DNA of 62,640 bases, filler included, from Basidiobolus ranarum (GCA_040143965.1; 11 parts of 11 records of this genome joined end to end with filler, not necessarily neighbours in it), one strand, 5' to 3'. Counted from the whole stretch's first letter, positions 49,943 to 61,652 are shown. Notes: a model not told the origin generated them from the sequence alone. Numbers and translations: made by a program.

Positions 49943-51163
49943 TCATGTTCTGCTGCATTCCTGAAGCATGATACGTAAACGTTCGATTTCTTGATCTTTT
50001 TCGTAAAGCTCACCTTGGAGGGACTTCACGTGCTCCACAACTGACCATCAAAGTTGATTCAGTAAAATGATTGAAAATAATGATGCGTGACAAGCCTTAC
50101 CTTGACGTAAAAGTACAAGTTTATTTGCACGCTTCTGTGATGCACCTGGAATGATATCCTTGAGTTCATTAAGGCAGTCTTTGAAGGCATCACGTCTCTG
50201 CTGTTCCGCAGTACGATGATATATCCTACGGAGATACCAAGGGTTTTGTCTAGGTTGATTTACGTCGTAAAGGTAAGCGATAGCGATAAAATGGTACTTT
50301 CTATACAAATACTAACTTTTGGAGCGAAGTGGTGCTAGTTTCAGGGTCCGTTTCACTATTGGCGGTTGGACCATCAGGTAAAATGGGACGTAAATCACTG
50401 GACTTTCGCCTTGGACTTGCTTGCAAGGAGATTGACGTTCTTCTAGAATTACTACCATCCTCACTTTCTGTCATGGTAAACGATGTCTGATTGGACAACA
50501 TTCCTGTCGTCTGTTGTGCTAACGGTTGAATATTACTGACCAGGGCAGGGTTCAAGTTAGGTGAGACGGTATGAAGATCATGGCCATGATGTAAGACACT
50601 ATGAGGTGAAGCTGTGGTAGGTGTGGGTACGGGACTTGGTATTGAGGTGTTTATGGATGTATCTGGCTTGGCGTGCGGGTTTATACTGAGATTATGATTA
50701 GATTGGGGTCTTAGGTGCGGCTGACGATGGTGTTCTTGCGACTCGCTGGACATACTGGAAAAGGAGGAATTGTGCTGGTGCATTTCGGTGGAGTCCATGA
50801 GATAGTCTAGTAGACAAATAGGTTAGAATACGTGGGGAATCTCCTTTCGAGCAGGGTGATAAGAGACTTACGCGAGGGAGTGAGCGAGTGCGAGCGATTA
50901 GGGCTCACTGAATTCATTCCGTAAGTGTATTCTGGGACGGTATTCTCATGAAAGGAGTTGGAAGAAATAACTGGCAATAATTCGGGGTTTTGGTTTGTAT
51001 AGTGGTGACCAATTGGGTGAGAAGGAGGAGAATGATATTTAGAAGCCATAGTGTCAGCACTCTTGTTGTTTCCTGGTGCTCCTCTAGTCAACCAACTCTG
51101 AAACTGGCAAGAATCTATTGGCATCAGATCGGAGGTAAAGGAATGCTCGAACCGGTCGCCCAT
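49943..51163 (-). CDS. bHLH-ZIP transcription factor, Max/Mlx-like (exons 51163-50872, 50806-50317, 50225-50101, 50040-49943)
   Basis: Spliced KIYHRTAEQQRRDAFKDCLNELKDIIP..KRANKLVLLRQVVEHVKSLQGELYEKDQEIERLR; three GT..AG introns in consistent phase. Confidence 0.85.
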
Positions 51164-51279
51164 GACTGACGATAGATATTGATGAGATGTGGGGATGTTT
51201 GTGTCTGAATAAACAAGGTATGTTGGCTGATCACCTTCGGTAAGTGGGATCTAGAATGGGAAGGGTTGGGAGAGAGACA

Positions 51280-51379
51280 NNNNNNNNNNNNNNNNNNNNN
51301 NNNNNNNNNNNNNNNNNNNNNNNTTAATTAATTAANNNNNNNNNNNNNNNNNNNNNNNNNNNNNNNNNNNNNNNNNNNN
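51280..51379. other. Artificial contig spacer
   Basis: N44-TTAATTAATTAA-N44. Confidence 0.98.
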
Positions 51380-51847
51380 AGAGCAAGAGTAGAACATAGC
51401 TTTAGTTTCCTAAAGAGATATAGCATTGTAGCAGGAAAGTATAGAGGAAAAGCATTTTGTAGGTCTCAATCAAAGTTAGGCAAGGTAGTCAAAATCTTGA
51501 TTAATTCTCAATACATTCATACTGAAAGATATCCATTGAGAGCTCTAGACTTAAGACACCATGAATAAAGCTTTCATCATCTTTTGAATGTGCAATAATG
51601 TCTAGAAGTACTTTTCTTAAATAAAACATATAAGTAAAATAAATGTTTCCAAAACGGTAAATAACATTGTGCCGGATAGTGCCCAATCATGCCAATTTGT
51701 GCTGGCACACTTTTGAGCTGGCCTGATCTGGCTCAATAAAATGCAACAAGTCTATAGATCACATGAGCAATCACTGATCAACTAATTACTATATCAGGAT
51801 CTAGGTATATCTTACTGGCCTGGCACAATTCCTGGGCAAGACATCCC

Positions 51848-52130
51848 AGGGGGGCACAGTGCTCAACTGATACATATGGGGTAACATAGTCAAGATGATC
51901 ATGTGACCTACTGGAAGAGAGGGAATATGAATAAGTGACTTTTCATGGATTATGATCATAAGAATAGCATGTGACCTGCTATGCTTAACTTCTGGAACAT
52001 CATCTGACTGCTGACTAAAACTGATTGATATCAGGATAATTGATAAATGATGGTACTGATATCACAGATCTGGGGATAATATTGATATAACAACAGTAAC
52101 ACTATACTGATATTACTGAATGTTGCATCA
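51848..52130 (+). mobile_element. Putative PPT plus 3' LTR (51860-52130) of a second element abutting the Gypsy integrase
   Basis: AGGGGGGCACAG then TG...CA; the minus-strand integrase stops here at its GPY/F region. Confidence 0.4.
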
Positions 52131-55100
52131 CCTAACTAATACTTGAGCTGCTATGCAAACTTCTTCTTGATGTAATTTCTTAACAGCAAAATGGTTCCCT
52201 CAGCAATTGGTTGTGAGCTTGCAGTGTTGTCAAAACAAGCCTTCATTTTGGAGGCACCTGATTCAATTCTGACTTTTGCTGCATTTCTCTCCCAAGTAAG
52301 CTTCTCCTTTGATGTGGTTTGGCTAAGCTCATCTTCCAAACATGTGGTAAGTTTTGATTGCAAGCTGTCTCCTGGGATGTTTGGGTGATATTTATTGACC
52401 AAGTGGAAATGTGACCTCTGAGTTGTATTGTGTACCCTGATATGGCTGGCAAACACAGTTTAATAAATGAACTCATCCCACTTGTGTGTTGCTCCATTGG
52501 AATACTTGGACAGCATCTTGCTAAAAGGTCCACTAAGTCTCTAAGTGACTCCATTGGTCCTTGGATGATAGGTTGAGGTCTTTATATGCTTGATATTTTG
52601 AAGTTTCAAATAGATGCTAAGGATTTTTGCCATAATGTTAGCTCCTCTGTTGGATCTAATTTCAACAGGGTGTCTGAACCCCATCAAAATTGCATGATTT
52701 ATAAGACTTGCTATTTCTCCTTCACTGGCAATTGGTACTACTTTGCAACTGGCCACTTAGTTGCATGGACAATGGCACCAAAAATCCTTTGGTTCCTTCT
52801 TGTGGGTAGTCCTCCTATGAAATCAATTCCCTGTCTTTTAAATGGTCCTATTGGCCCCAAAGGGAATAAATCTGCCTGTGTCTAGTTTTGACTCTGATTA
52901 ATTTGACAACTATGGGGCAGAGATTGAGGCAAATCCTTTAACAAACCTTCTGTGATAGGAAACCACTCTTAAAATTGACCTGAGCTCAGATATGGTAGTG
53001 GGCTGTTTTTAATTTGGAATTACCTCAACTTTTCTGGGATCCATAGCTACTCATGATTTTGTCACAATATGTCCTAGGTATTCCACCAGGTCCTTTAAGA
53101 ACTCACACTAGCTGAGTTTTCCACACAGTTGGTTTGCTAGAACACTATCCTAACATATTGTAGGTGTTTTTCCTGACTATAGCTATAGAGTAATACTTCA
53201 TCTAAATAAATAATGCCAAACTGGTCTAAGCACTTGTCTAAGACATTCTACATTATTGCTATAAAGGTAGCTGGTGCATTGGTCAGGCCAAAACTCTTGA
53301 TAGCCTATTCATAGTATCCATATCTTAACCTTAAGACAGTCTGGGATATAACTTATGAACTCACTTAGAACTGATTGTAGCCTGATATAAGTTCAATTTT
53401 GCTCAATAATATGGCTCCATGAAGTTGATTGAGTGTCTCATCTATATGAGGGATAGGATATTTTTTCTTTACAGTGACTGAGTTCAGTGCTCAGTAGTCA
53501 ATGCACATTTTTAGGGTTTGATCTTTCTTCTTGACAAACAAGACTGGTGCTCCCCATGGTGACTTGCTTAGTATTATTCATCCTTGCTCTAAGAGTTAGT
53601 CAATCTGCTTCTTACCTTTTTGTAACTACAAGGGATGCACGCAGTAGAATGCCTTGTTCACAGGTTCACTGCTGCTGGTTTCAATTGCATGATCTTCTTC
53701 TCTGGCAGGTTGAAGCTCTCTCAATTCCTCCAGAAGTACATCATGGCATTCCTGCAAAACTTCTGTCATTGCTGTTGAGATATCTTTCAACTCCTTGTCC
53801 TGCAATATAGCAATTAGAAACATCTCTTGATTCTTCCTGACAGCTTTGCTGAACTGAATTTTACTGGCAGACATATAGCCCTTCTGGCTGGTCTTGAGAA
53901 GGTTGTACTCTATTTAGGCATTAGTAAGCTGAAAAGTCTTGCCGTCTTTTGTCACATTGATCTCATGTGTTTTCCAATCAGTATTTGGATTTTACTGACA
54001 TAGCCAAGTCATTCAAAGCACTATGTCAGGCTTACAGCTTTCAAACTTGTACACTTGTGTGTCATTCTGGTAGTGTCCTACAGTGGTGTGCAAGGGATGT
54101 TTAATTTGACATATTGAGTGTGCTATTCCATTTGCAGTAGAACTCTGGTTGTGGGTGTAGGCTCTGAGTAGATTCCTGCTCTATTGGCAAGCTGGAATAT
54201 TATATACACATTTGATGCTCTTGAGTCAATCATGAGTCTGGCAGTATTTTCATTGAGACTAAGTAGTCTTCCTGAGTTCTCATTTGCATGGCACTGTTAT
54301 CCGGCAGTTTATTGCAAAGTAGCCTCAGCTTCTTCTTCCTGAGTGTTGTTTGACTCTTTTATGGTCTCAACAATGTTGAAGCTCTTCTTGCTTTCCTTTG
54401 GCTCTATGTCTGCACAATATCTAGCATAATGTCCCTTGTTATGGTGTATGAGGCAAAATCATCTTTGCTTATGTCTTCTGTAGGGAGCTCTCTATTAATT
54501 GGATCAATCACCCTGATAGTTCCTTCTGTTTGGCCCCAGAGATAACTTTGGTTTTGTCTGTAATCCATAGCATATGGTCTTCCTTCACCATACATGGCTG
54601 TGTCATAGGTTATTATAACCTAAATTGCTGGTAGTAAGGTGTCTGGGGCTTGGTAGTTTACTTCCATCTTGGTCATTCCTATCAATCATGTTGCACTTGG
54701 TCTGGCTGATATATACCATTGATATGCCCTTTATGCTTCTGAATTGGTAGATACATTCCTGCACAGCTTTTACTTGCTTCAAATGTGTTAGTTTTCTCCT
54801 AAGTAGTTGCTGCTGATGCAGTGATACACAGGCATCCTTAATCTCTTGGATAAACTGTTCCCAAGTAGTGATTGGTCATATTTCTCTTGTGGCAGCTGTT
54901 CCAGCTCTTTCAAGATACCCCTGAAGGGCTGCATTGATCAGATATGGGGCTGCAGAGAGTAACTTGCTGGTATCCAGAACTTCTCCAGCTTTAAATGCTG
55001 CTTCTAGCTGAAAGATCTAAGTTCCAAGATTTTCATCAACCTTACCATGGTACTAGTAATATTTAATCTTAATTGCACCTTGCAACATGGTTGGTCCTGG

Positions 55101-55389
55101 TAGATTTTAGTTAGCATTCACAATTCCTTGCCATTGCTTGCTCCTGACTGCAGAGGTTGGGACTGCAGGGTAATGATCTGTGGTGCAGCAGATAACCATT
55201 CAGGTGTTACAGATATGGTGGGGTTCTTCTTCAGGGTGGAAGATAGATAGTTGCCACTACCAATGTTAAAATTCTGAAGTATCAAAGAATTAAAGGGAGT
55301 TGAGTGAGCTAGTGTTGTATTCACTATAACTGGACTGAAGTTTATTGAGGCAGATTCTGCTGTACATATACTTATACTAATCTCAAACA
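52131..55389 (-). mobile_element. Ty3/Gypsy retrotransposon, decayed: LTR 55389-55264, PBS-like TGGTAGTGGCAA, gag, zinc knuckle, PR, RT, IN; RNase H missing
   Basis: Gag YHGKVDENL..IFQLE, GHYARYC, protease LMIDSRAS, RT PVLFVKKKD..MCIDY, FGLTNAPATF, YLDE; IN GIDFIG, SNRG, YHPRTNG. Confidence 0.9.
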
Positions 55390-55550
55390 AAAATAAAATT
55401 GATTGGATCCAGATTGGATCTATCCTTCTAAAGCACAAAACTATCAGAGAACCACCATAATATTGGTGGCTTGCATTGTGCCAGGGATTTTGATGGTTTG
55501 ATGACAGTGTCCAGATGGTATTTTGACAGTAATCATATATGTTAAAATAT
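55390..55550 (-). repeat. Dispersed ~120-160 bp repeat, copy 3
   Basis: Homologous to 16953-17061 and 45195-45356. Confidence 0.85.
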
Positions 55551-56229
55551 TGATCCTCATATTTGGCATGGGTTATTAATTACCGGCAATTTTAGCAAAA
55601 ATCTAATTTTCAAATGGCAAATTACTGGGTTTACTGCTGTAGGAATTCAAAATAATATGCATGCCTTTATTTATATATTTTTGGCTTTGCATTCCAGGCA
55701 TGATGAAAATCAAAAATACAAGAATCTTATTGTGTTTAGCTTCTACATATTCACATACTTGACTTATTAGACATTACTTAACAACATCAACATGCTCTAC
55801 TAGCAAACCAACAGTAGAAACATTCCTAAACATCTGAAATTTGAACAAAACTGATTCTTGGCAAATAGCTGACTCTTGTTACCATTCACAATCAGAATAA
55901 GCTCTTGGATTTTGGCACCTTTCCATAAAGAATTCAGCCAATATATCCCAAACTTGCAGTCACAAATGTGCTGCCACAAGTTGATGTGTCATTGCTTGAA
56001 TAGATTACCCAATGGCTAAAGCAATAATACTGCATATCTCAATCTAACTCACCAAGAGGTCCATCTTGCAGCTTCCCTGGATATACCGCCAGATTATTGC
56101 ACAAACAAATTAGTCTAAATTTCAGAGATATTTACTCTGTGTCCATGGATTGGGCTTTGTTGCTGTTATTTAGCTTAACCAATGCAAAAACTTAGGAGCA
56201 CATTGACAAGAGCCCTCTGTTGGAGGGTT

Positions 56230-56790
56230 AATATACTCTGAGTCTCCTTAACCCATTTCATTACATCCATGACTGACTTTGCCAACACATTGTTTATCAG
56301 ATTAGCATATGGTAATACTGGTGATTTCACATGGAGCATCATTTCACAACAGGTGCACTCCATTGGGAACACCCAGAATATATAGCAAGGGCCTATAATC
56401 TCTAAGCATTGTGAAAGATGCAGCAGGGAACATATTGAATACTGGCATAGATTCAGTCTATCTTCTTTAAACCTGTGATAAAGTTTTTCATTACAAAATC
56501 TTCACAGTTGCTGTATCTGCCTGAGATCTGCCAATGTGAGTTGATGCCATAAGAATATACTAACAATATCCACAAACAACTCCCAATGATGCCAAAATTT
56601 ATCAAGCTGAAATCTTTTCAAGATTCCACTTGTATATATACAAATCCAATACTTCAAGGCTTTGCATTTGAATAAATGCCTAGATCAGAGGATATTGATG
56701 GGGTCCTGGTAAAATATGATGGTATCTTGACATTTTCAAGCATCTTCCCAATTGATTCAAACTTTGATCATATCTCAAATGGCTTACTCA
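56230..56790 (-). mobile_element. CMC-EnSpm/CACTA-type transposase remnant
   Basis: Frameshifted IPSYFTRTP, FKCKALKYW, HHWELFV, LLHL..IGPCYIFWVFPMECTC, KS..PYANL mirror the H.LLH..GP..W.FPMER.CG signature of fungal EnSpm transposases. Confidence 0.65.
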
Positions 56791-56964
56791 TATTAAATTT
56801 TCCACTATATAGCTGAATAAGTAGTGTTTGAATGTTGTTGAATTTTAAGTGCATGGTGCCTAATGGGGAGCTCTGGCTCCAGCTGATCCCCTTTAACAAT
56901 ACAATCTTAGGCTTACAGCTAATACCAAGTTTGATGTTAGACTGACTATGTGATGAATTAATAT

Positions 56965-57064
56965 NNNNNNNNNNNNNNNNNNNNNNNNNNNNNNNNNNNN
57001 NNNNNNNNTTAATTAATTAANNNNNNNNNNNNNNNNNNNNNNNNNNNNNNNNNNNNNNNNNNNN
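56965..57064. other. Artificial contig spacer
   Basis: N44-TTAATTAATTAA-N44. Confidence 0.98.
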
Positions 57065-57219
57065 ATTAAACCGCTGTCCAGCTTGCGTTTATTGAGGGTA
57101 TATAAGAGCAATAAACTAATGAATTTAGAATGAATGAAATTTTATAACCATTATAAAACGCTTAGTACTAACGCTTAATATTTAGAACTATAGAATAGTT
57201 TCATACAGACCCCAATAAC

Positions 57220-58434
57220 TTACTCGTAACGACGACCAAGTCGAGAGTTCTGTTGTTGACCGCGTCTTCCATTAAAACCTCTCTCATATTCGTTGTCTTG
57301 CTCATCTTGGTCATATTGACGGCCAAAACGAGAGCGGGAGTTGCTTTGTTGACCACGTCTTCCGTTGAAGCCTCTCTCGTATTCGTTATCTTGCTCATCT
57401 TGGTCATATTGACGGCCAAAGCGAGAGCCGGAGTTTCGTTGTTGTCCACGTCTTCTGTTAAAACCTCTCTCGTATTCGTTCTCTTGCTCACCTTGGTCAT
57501 ATTGACGACCAAAGCGAGAGCGGGAGTTGTTTTGTTGACCACGTCTTCCGTTGAAGCCTCTCTCGTATTCGTTATATTGCTCATCCTGGTCATATTGACC
57601 ACCAAAGCGAGAGCGGGAGTTCTGTTGTTGTCCACGTCTTCCGTTAAAACCTCTCTCGTATTCGTTCTCTTGCTCATCTTGGTCATATTGACGACCAAAG
57701 CGAGAGCGAGAGTTGTTTTGTTGACCACGTCTTCTGTTGAAGCGTCTCTCGTATTCATTTTCTTGCTCATCCTGGTCATATTGACCACCAAAGCGAGAGC
57801 GAGAGTTCTGTTGTTGGCCACGTCTTCCGTTGAAGCCTCTCTCGTATTCGTTCTCTTGCTCATCTTGGTCATATTGACGACCAAAGCGAGAGCGGGAGTT
57901 TTGTTGTTGTCCACGTCTTCCGTTAAAACCTCTCTCATATTCATTTTCTTGCTCATCCTGGTCATATTGACGACCAAAGCGAGAGCGGGAGTTGCTTTGT
58001 TGACCACGTCTTCTATTGAAGCCTCTCTCGTATTCGTTATCTTGCTCATCTTGGTCATATTGACGACCAAAGCGAGAACGGGAGTTCTGTTGTTGGCCAC
58101 GTCTTCCGTTGAAACCTCTCTCGTATTCGTTCTCTTGCTCATCTTGGTCATATTGACGGCCAAAACGCGAGCGGGAGTTGTTTTGTTGACCACGTCTTCC
58201 GTTGAAGCCTCTCTCGTATTCGTTATCTTGCTCATCTTGGTCATATTGGCGACCGAAGCGAGAGCGAGAATTATTTTGTTGTCCGCGTCTTCCGTTCAGG
58301 CCTCTCTCAGCTTCACTATCTTGATCATGCTGGCCACCATAGCGGGAATGAGGGTAGTTTTGCTGATCACGCCTTTCATTCAAGCCTCTATCATAGTTGC
58401 GACCGTTTTGGGAGGAAGGCTGTTGGGAAGGCAT
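57220..58434 (-). CDS. 404-aa tandem-repeat protein: 11 x 31 aa FGRQYDQDEQ(D/E)NEYERGFNGRRGQQ(Q/N)NSRSR plus two degenerate N-terminal units
   Basis: ATG with TATAAAA at 58515-58509 and AATAAA near 57090; many inter-repeat differences are synonymous in this frame (TAC/TAT, GGC/GGT, TTC/TTT). Confidence 0.85.
   Translation of the reverse strand: MPSQQPSSQNGRNYDRGLNERRDQQNYPHSRYGGQHDQDSEAERGLNGRRGQQNNSRSRFGRQYDQDEQDNEYERGFNGRRGQQNNSRSRFGRQYDQDEQENEYERGFNGRRGQQQNSRSRFGRQYDQDEQDNEYERGFNRRRGQQSNSRSRFGRQYDQDEQENEYERGFNGRRGQQQNSRSRFGRQYDQDEQENEYERGFNGRRGQQQNSRSRFGGQYDQDEQENEYERRFNRRRGQQNNSRSRFGRQYDQDEQENEYERGFNGRRGQQQNSRSRFGGQYDQDEQYNEYERGFNGRRGQQNNSRSRFGRQYDQGEQENEYERGFNRRRGQQRNSGSRFGRQYDQDEQDNEYERGFNGRRGQQSNSRSRFGRQYDQDEQDNEYERGFNGRRGQQQNSRLGRRYE
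57232..58257. repeat. 93-bp coding tandem repeat, 11 copies
   Basis: GGTCATATTG and CTCTCTC(G/A)TATTC recur every 93 nt. Confidence 0.95.
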
Positions 58435-59474
58435 GCTAGATAGTGAATGTTATTTGTGATTGCCAAGAAGTTAGTCAAGTGTATTTATCTATGGTTTTTC
58501 TACACGCTTTTTATACCAGAAGGGTGGCTTGCGTGATAGAATTTCAACCAAGCCACCTTACGTATAATCAATGTCGATGGCGATTTTTTGCAACTAAGCC
58601 TTTAATCATGCTATCTTTGATATCGTACAACTAGCTATTTATTCAGAAATTTTAACATTAATTTAGTAATAATCCGAGTGTGGAAGCATCAAAGTCAGTA
58701 TCATTTGGTAGTAGTTATCAATTTATAGGGGAATATGCACTATACTAGGCAAAAATGCAGTGGCCAAAGATCTCCGGATTCAATACTACTTTAGAGTTCC
58801 GTGAAAGTATGAACAGTTTTCAAGCAAGGATTATAATGACTCTAATGTGACAAATACACATCTATAGCCTTAAAAGACGATGGGGAGTGTGTAGGATATT
58901 TTTCGAAATATTTACACAAATTGGAATCCGAGTTAAAATTTGTCAACAAATGTGAAGTATTCGATCTCAGCAAACTCAATAGATTCGGGTAAACTGATTC
59001 AGGTAAATAGGAAAATCACCATATTTTGCGTAGGCTACTACGTCGTTGCATACCATATTTGTACATTAGAATTTTCTACCAGATCCCAATAACTCCAACT
59101 CTATTTCTAGGGTAAATCCAAGTTCAGTAGAATGCAAATCCGGCTTACATTTAACCGAGTACGATTCCTACTAAACGTGGCCAATTACTTCAGTCAATTT
59201 TGGACTACCATCTAATCCAATGGGTGAGAATACCACCGAAACTAAGTATCTACGTGCAAATCCCGTCACCAGAAATAGGAGACATATCATCAACTAACGA
59301 GATTTAATTGAGGAGATAAGATTTTGAAAAGTTGAAAGGGTAGAAGAAAGGTTGAAAAGCTAGATCTATACATTACATTACTTTAGTGAAGCCATATAAA
59401 TAATCTTTTTCTTTCGATCCTAAGCGATAATACAATGAAATTGAATAATCTATTCTTAACTAGTGAAGTTTACA

Positions 59475-60638
59475 TTAATTGTCACAGCGTTGCATTTCAT
59501 GATTGGTCATTCTCGATTGGAAAGGCACTTGTTGAAGACATGGCGCTCTAAATACCTTCCCAGAATAAATCCGACGTAACGTTTGCGTAGCCACATAGAA
59601 CCAAATGAGAACCAGGGAACAGATCAAGAATGCAGTCGCGCCATGGAAGAATCTGGAGTTAGTGGCTATAGCGATGTTGAGTGTCCCAGCCGTGTACACA
59701 CCAATAGGAAAGGTAAGACCCCACCACCCCATGTTAAATGGGGCGTCTGTACGCAACCTGACTGAAAGTGATGCCACCGCAAAACATAGATACCACAAAC
59801 CATAAGCCCACAGGAAGAATGCCATAATCAAGCAACAGGTAAATGCACCATCACCAAATCCTGGTGCCCATTTATCACCAATAACCTTCTGAGCGGCCCA
59901 ACCCATTTCAATGATGCCGTAAGTACCTTGACCCAAAGGTCCAACGGGCAAGAAGCTGGTTATGATTACATCTCCTGGAGGGAGATCATGCGCCATCAGC
60001 CTGTAAAAGTATACACCAATCAGTGGAAGAGCTAGAGAAAGACCACAACCCAAAGTCATTGAGGATATGGTAAAGATCATGGGAGCCCTATGACCTTCAC
60101 TCTCCAAATAGCGAGACAGATAGCAGCCAGAAGCTCCAGTAACTACCGCCGGAACCAGTGGAAGAAGCCACATTGCGTTCATAGTATCGATCTTATGTTC
60201 TTGATGTCTCATCATACAGTAGGGAATTCCGAAGATACTTAAGAGAGTCAGACTGAATTCAGTCCACCAGAGTACGTAAGCCAACTCCAAGGCCCAAGAG
60301 TGAGTAGGAACAAGTACCAGGACAACGTAATTTGTGATGGTAGTCAATCCCATAGGAATGGTACTAAGCATTAGACTCTGGTGATGCCTAAGTAGCGGAG
60401 GAATAGTCTCTGGATATACCAGTATCCTAGCTACAAAGAGTATCGTGAAGAGACAGAACAAGCTAACATTAGCCAAAAAAAAGATGGAGCCAATAATCAC
60501 CATACCATGAAATGGGAAAGGGGAATTAGCGATCACAATGCCTGTAATACCTGTGCCCATGTTGACAGCAAACCATCCTGGTATGAAGTTTCTAACAATC
60601 TCACGAGGATGTTCCAGGTCGTAGAAGGGACCTTTCAT
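59475..60638 (-). CDS. TDT/SLAC1-family anion transporter (sulfite efflux SSU1 / malate permease MAE1-like), intronless
   Basis: F.PGWFAVNMGTG, WLLPLVP..V, FLPVGPLGQG, FNMGWWGLTFPIG; ~10 hydrophobic segments; TATAAATA at 60709-60702. Confidence 0.93.
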   Translation of the reverse strand: MKGPFYDLEHPREIVRNFIPGWFAVNMGTGITGIVIANSPFPFHGMVIIGSIFFLANVSLFCLFTILFVARILVYPETIPPLLRHHQSLMLSTIPMGLTTITNYVVLVLVPTHSWALELAYVLWWTEFSLTLLSIFGIPYCMMRHQEHKIDTMNAMWLLPLVPAVVTGASGCYLSRYLESEGHRAPMIFTISSMTLGCGLSLALPLIGVYFYRLMAHDLPPGDVIITSFLPVGPLGQGTYGIIEMGWAAQKVIGDKWAPGFGDGAFTCCLIMAFFLWAYGLWYLCFAVASLSVRLRTDAPFNMGWWGLTFPIGVYTAGTLNIAIATNSRFFHGATAFLICSLVLIWFYVATQTLRRIYSGKVFRAPCLQQVPFQSRMTNHEMQRCDN

Positions 60639-61320
60639 AGTACAGATCAGGGATAGGGAATTTGTAACAATGAAGTGCTTGATACTCGATGAATAAAAGA
60701 GTATTTATACGAGCAAGAACCCGAACCAACGCTACAGTATTTGAACATGAAATACCCGGAACTAAGGGACCTTTATAGACTTCTACAATGAGCAGGTATA
60801 CTGAGGCGATTTACCGTATTCAGTTGTTGTTTACTTTTTAAACTGAGAATTACGCAACATTCACCTAGAAGATAGACAGTTTAATCATATATGGGGTTAT
60901 CCGAAAGAACGTTTACCCGGGTCTGAATGAACAAAGTTTACCCAGGTTTTTGATGTATAGCTAAAATAGCTCACCTCATTCATATACCCATTAGGGTTAA
61001 GGTTTAAGCGTTGTTTATAGGTGGATGGGTGTTGGATGGGTATTAAAGAGTATACGAAAGGGCACATCCGTAGTCATACAACACATAGAAGTACCTATAT
61101 AATCAGCTCACACATCCCCTTCCTCAACATTATTTGACATGAGTTGAGACTATCCAAATAGTTATATTGGCTACTATATATATAACAACAATTGGCACCG
61201 GGGCATTTTATTTAACTATATAGAGATGTGGGACTTGGCAATTCTGGTAGATAGATGGTTACCATTATTCGTTAATCTAGTTGAGGAATGATTTGCGAGT
61301 TGGGTGTTAATCTAATTGGG

Positions 61321-61489
61321 GAATGATCTATATATTCTGTTAGATTGGAGAATGATCTATATATTCTGTTAGATTGGAGAATGATCTATATATTCTGTTA
61401 GATTGGAGAATGATATATATATTCTGTTAGATTGGAGAATGATATATATATTCTGTTAGATTGGAGAATGATATATATATTCTGTTAGA
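61321..61489. repeat. 29-bp minisatellite, ~6 copies
   Basis: AATGAT(C/A)TATATATTCTGTTAGATTGGAG at 61322, 61351, 61380, 61409, 61438, 61467. Confidence 0.95.
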
Positions 61490-61554
61490 GGTGCTTCATT
61501 CTTGATTTCCATCTCCACTATTTCTATAATTATTTTGATTTTCATTTATCATTT

Positions 61555-61652
61555 TACTATTGCTATAATCACTTACTACTGCTATTATCACCTACTACTG
61601 CTATAATCACCTACTACTGCTATTATCACCTACTACTGCTATTATCACCTAT
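61555..61652. repeat. 19-bp minisatellite, 5 copies
   Basis: TACTACTGCTAT(T/A)ATCACC repeated. Confidence 0.92.

Noticed and set aside
5625-57064. Ten regularly spaced TTAATTAATTAA motifs with ~5.7-kb periodicity
   Set aside because: Artificial concatenation spacers; contigs are simply sorted by decreasing length.
57232-58257. CRISPR-like appearance of the 93-bp array (also the 29-bp array at 61321)
   Set aside because: Contiguous tandem units with no unique spacers, no cas genes, eukaryotic context.
57253-58443. 396-aa very hydrophobic plus-strand ORF and 347-aa alternative minus ORF over the 93-bp repeat
   Set aside because: Shadow frames: a stop-free unit stays open when repeated, both start at non-ATG codons, and changes that are silent in the 404-aa frame alter residues in them.
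3156-60638. Sulfur/redox 'cluster' (sulfite reductase, fumarate reductase, SSU1-like transporter)
   Set aside because: The genes are on different contigs, so there is no linkage evidence.
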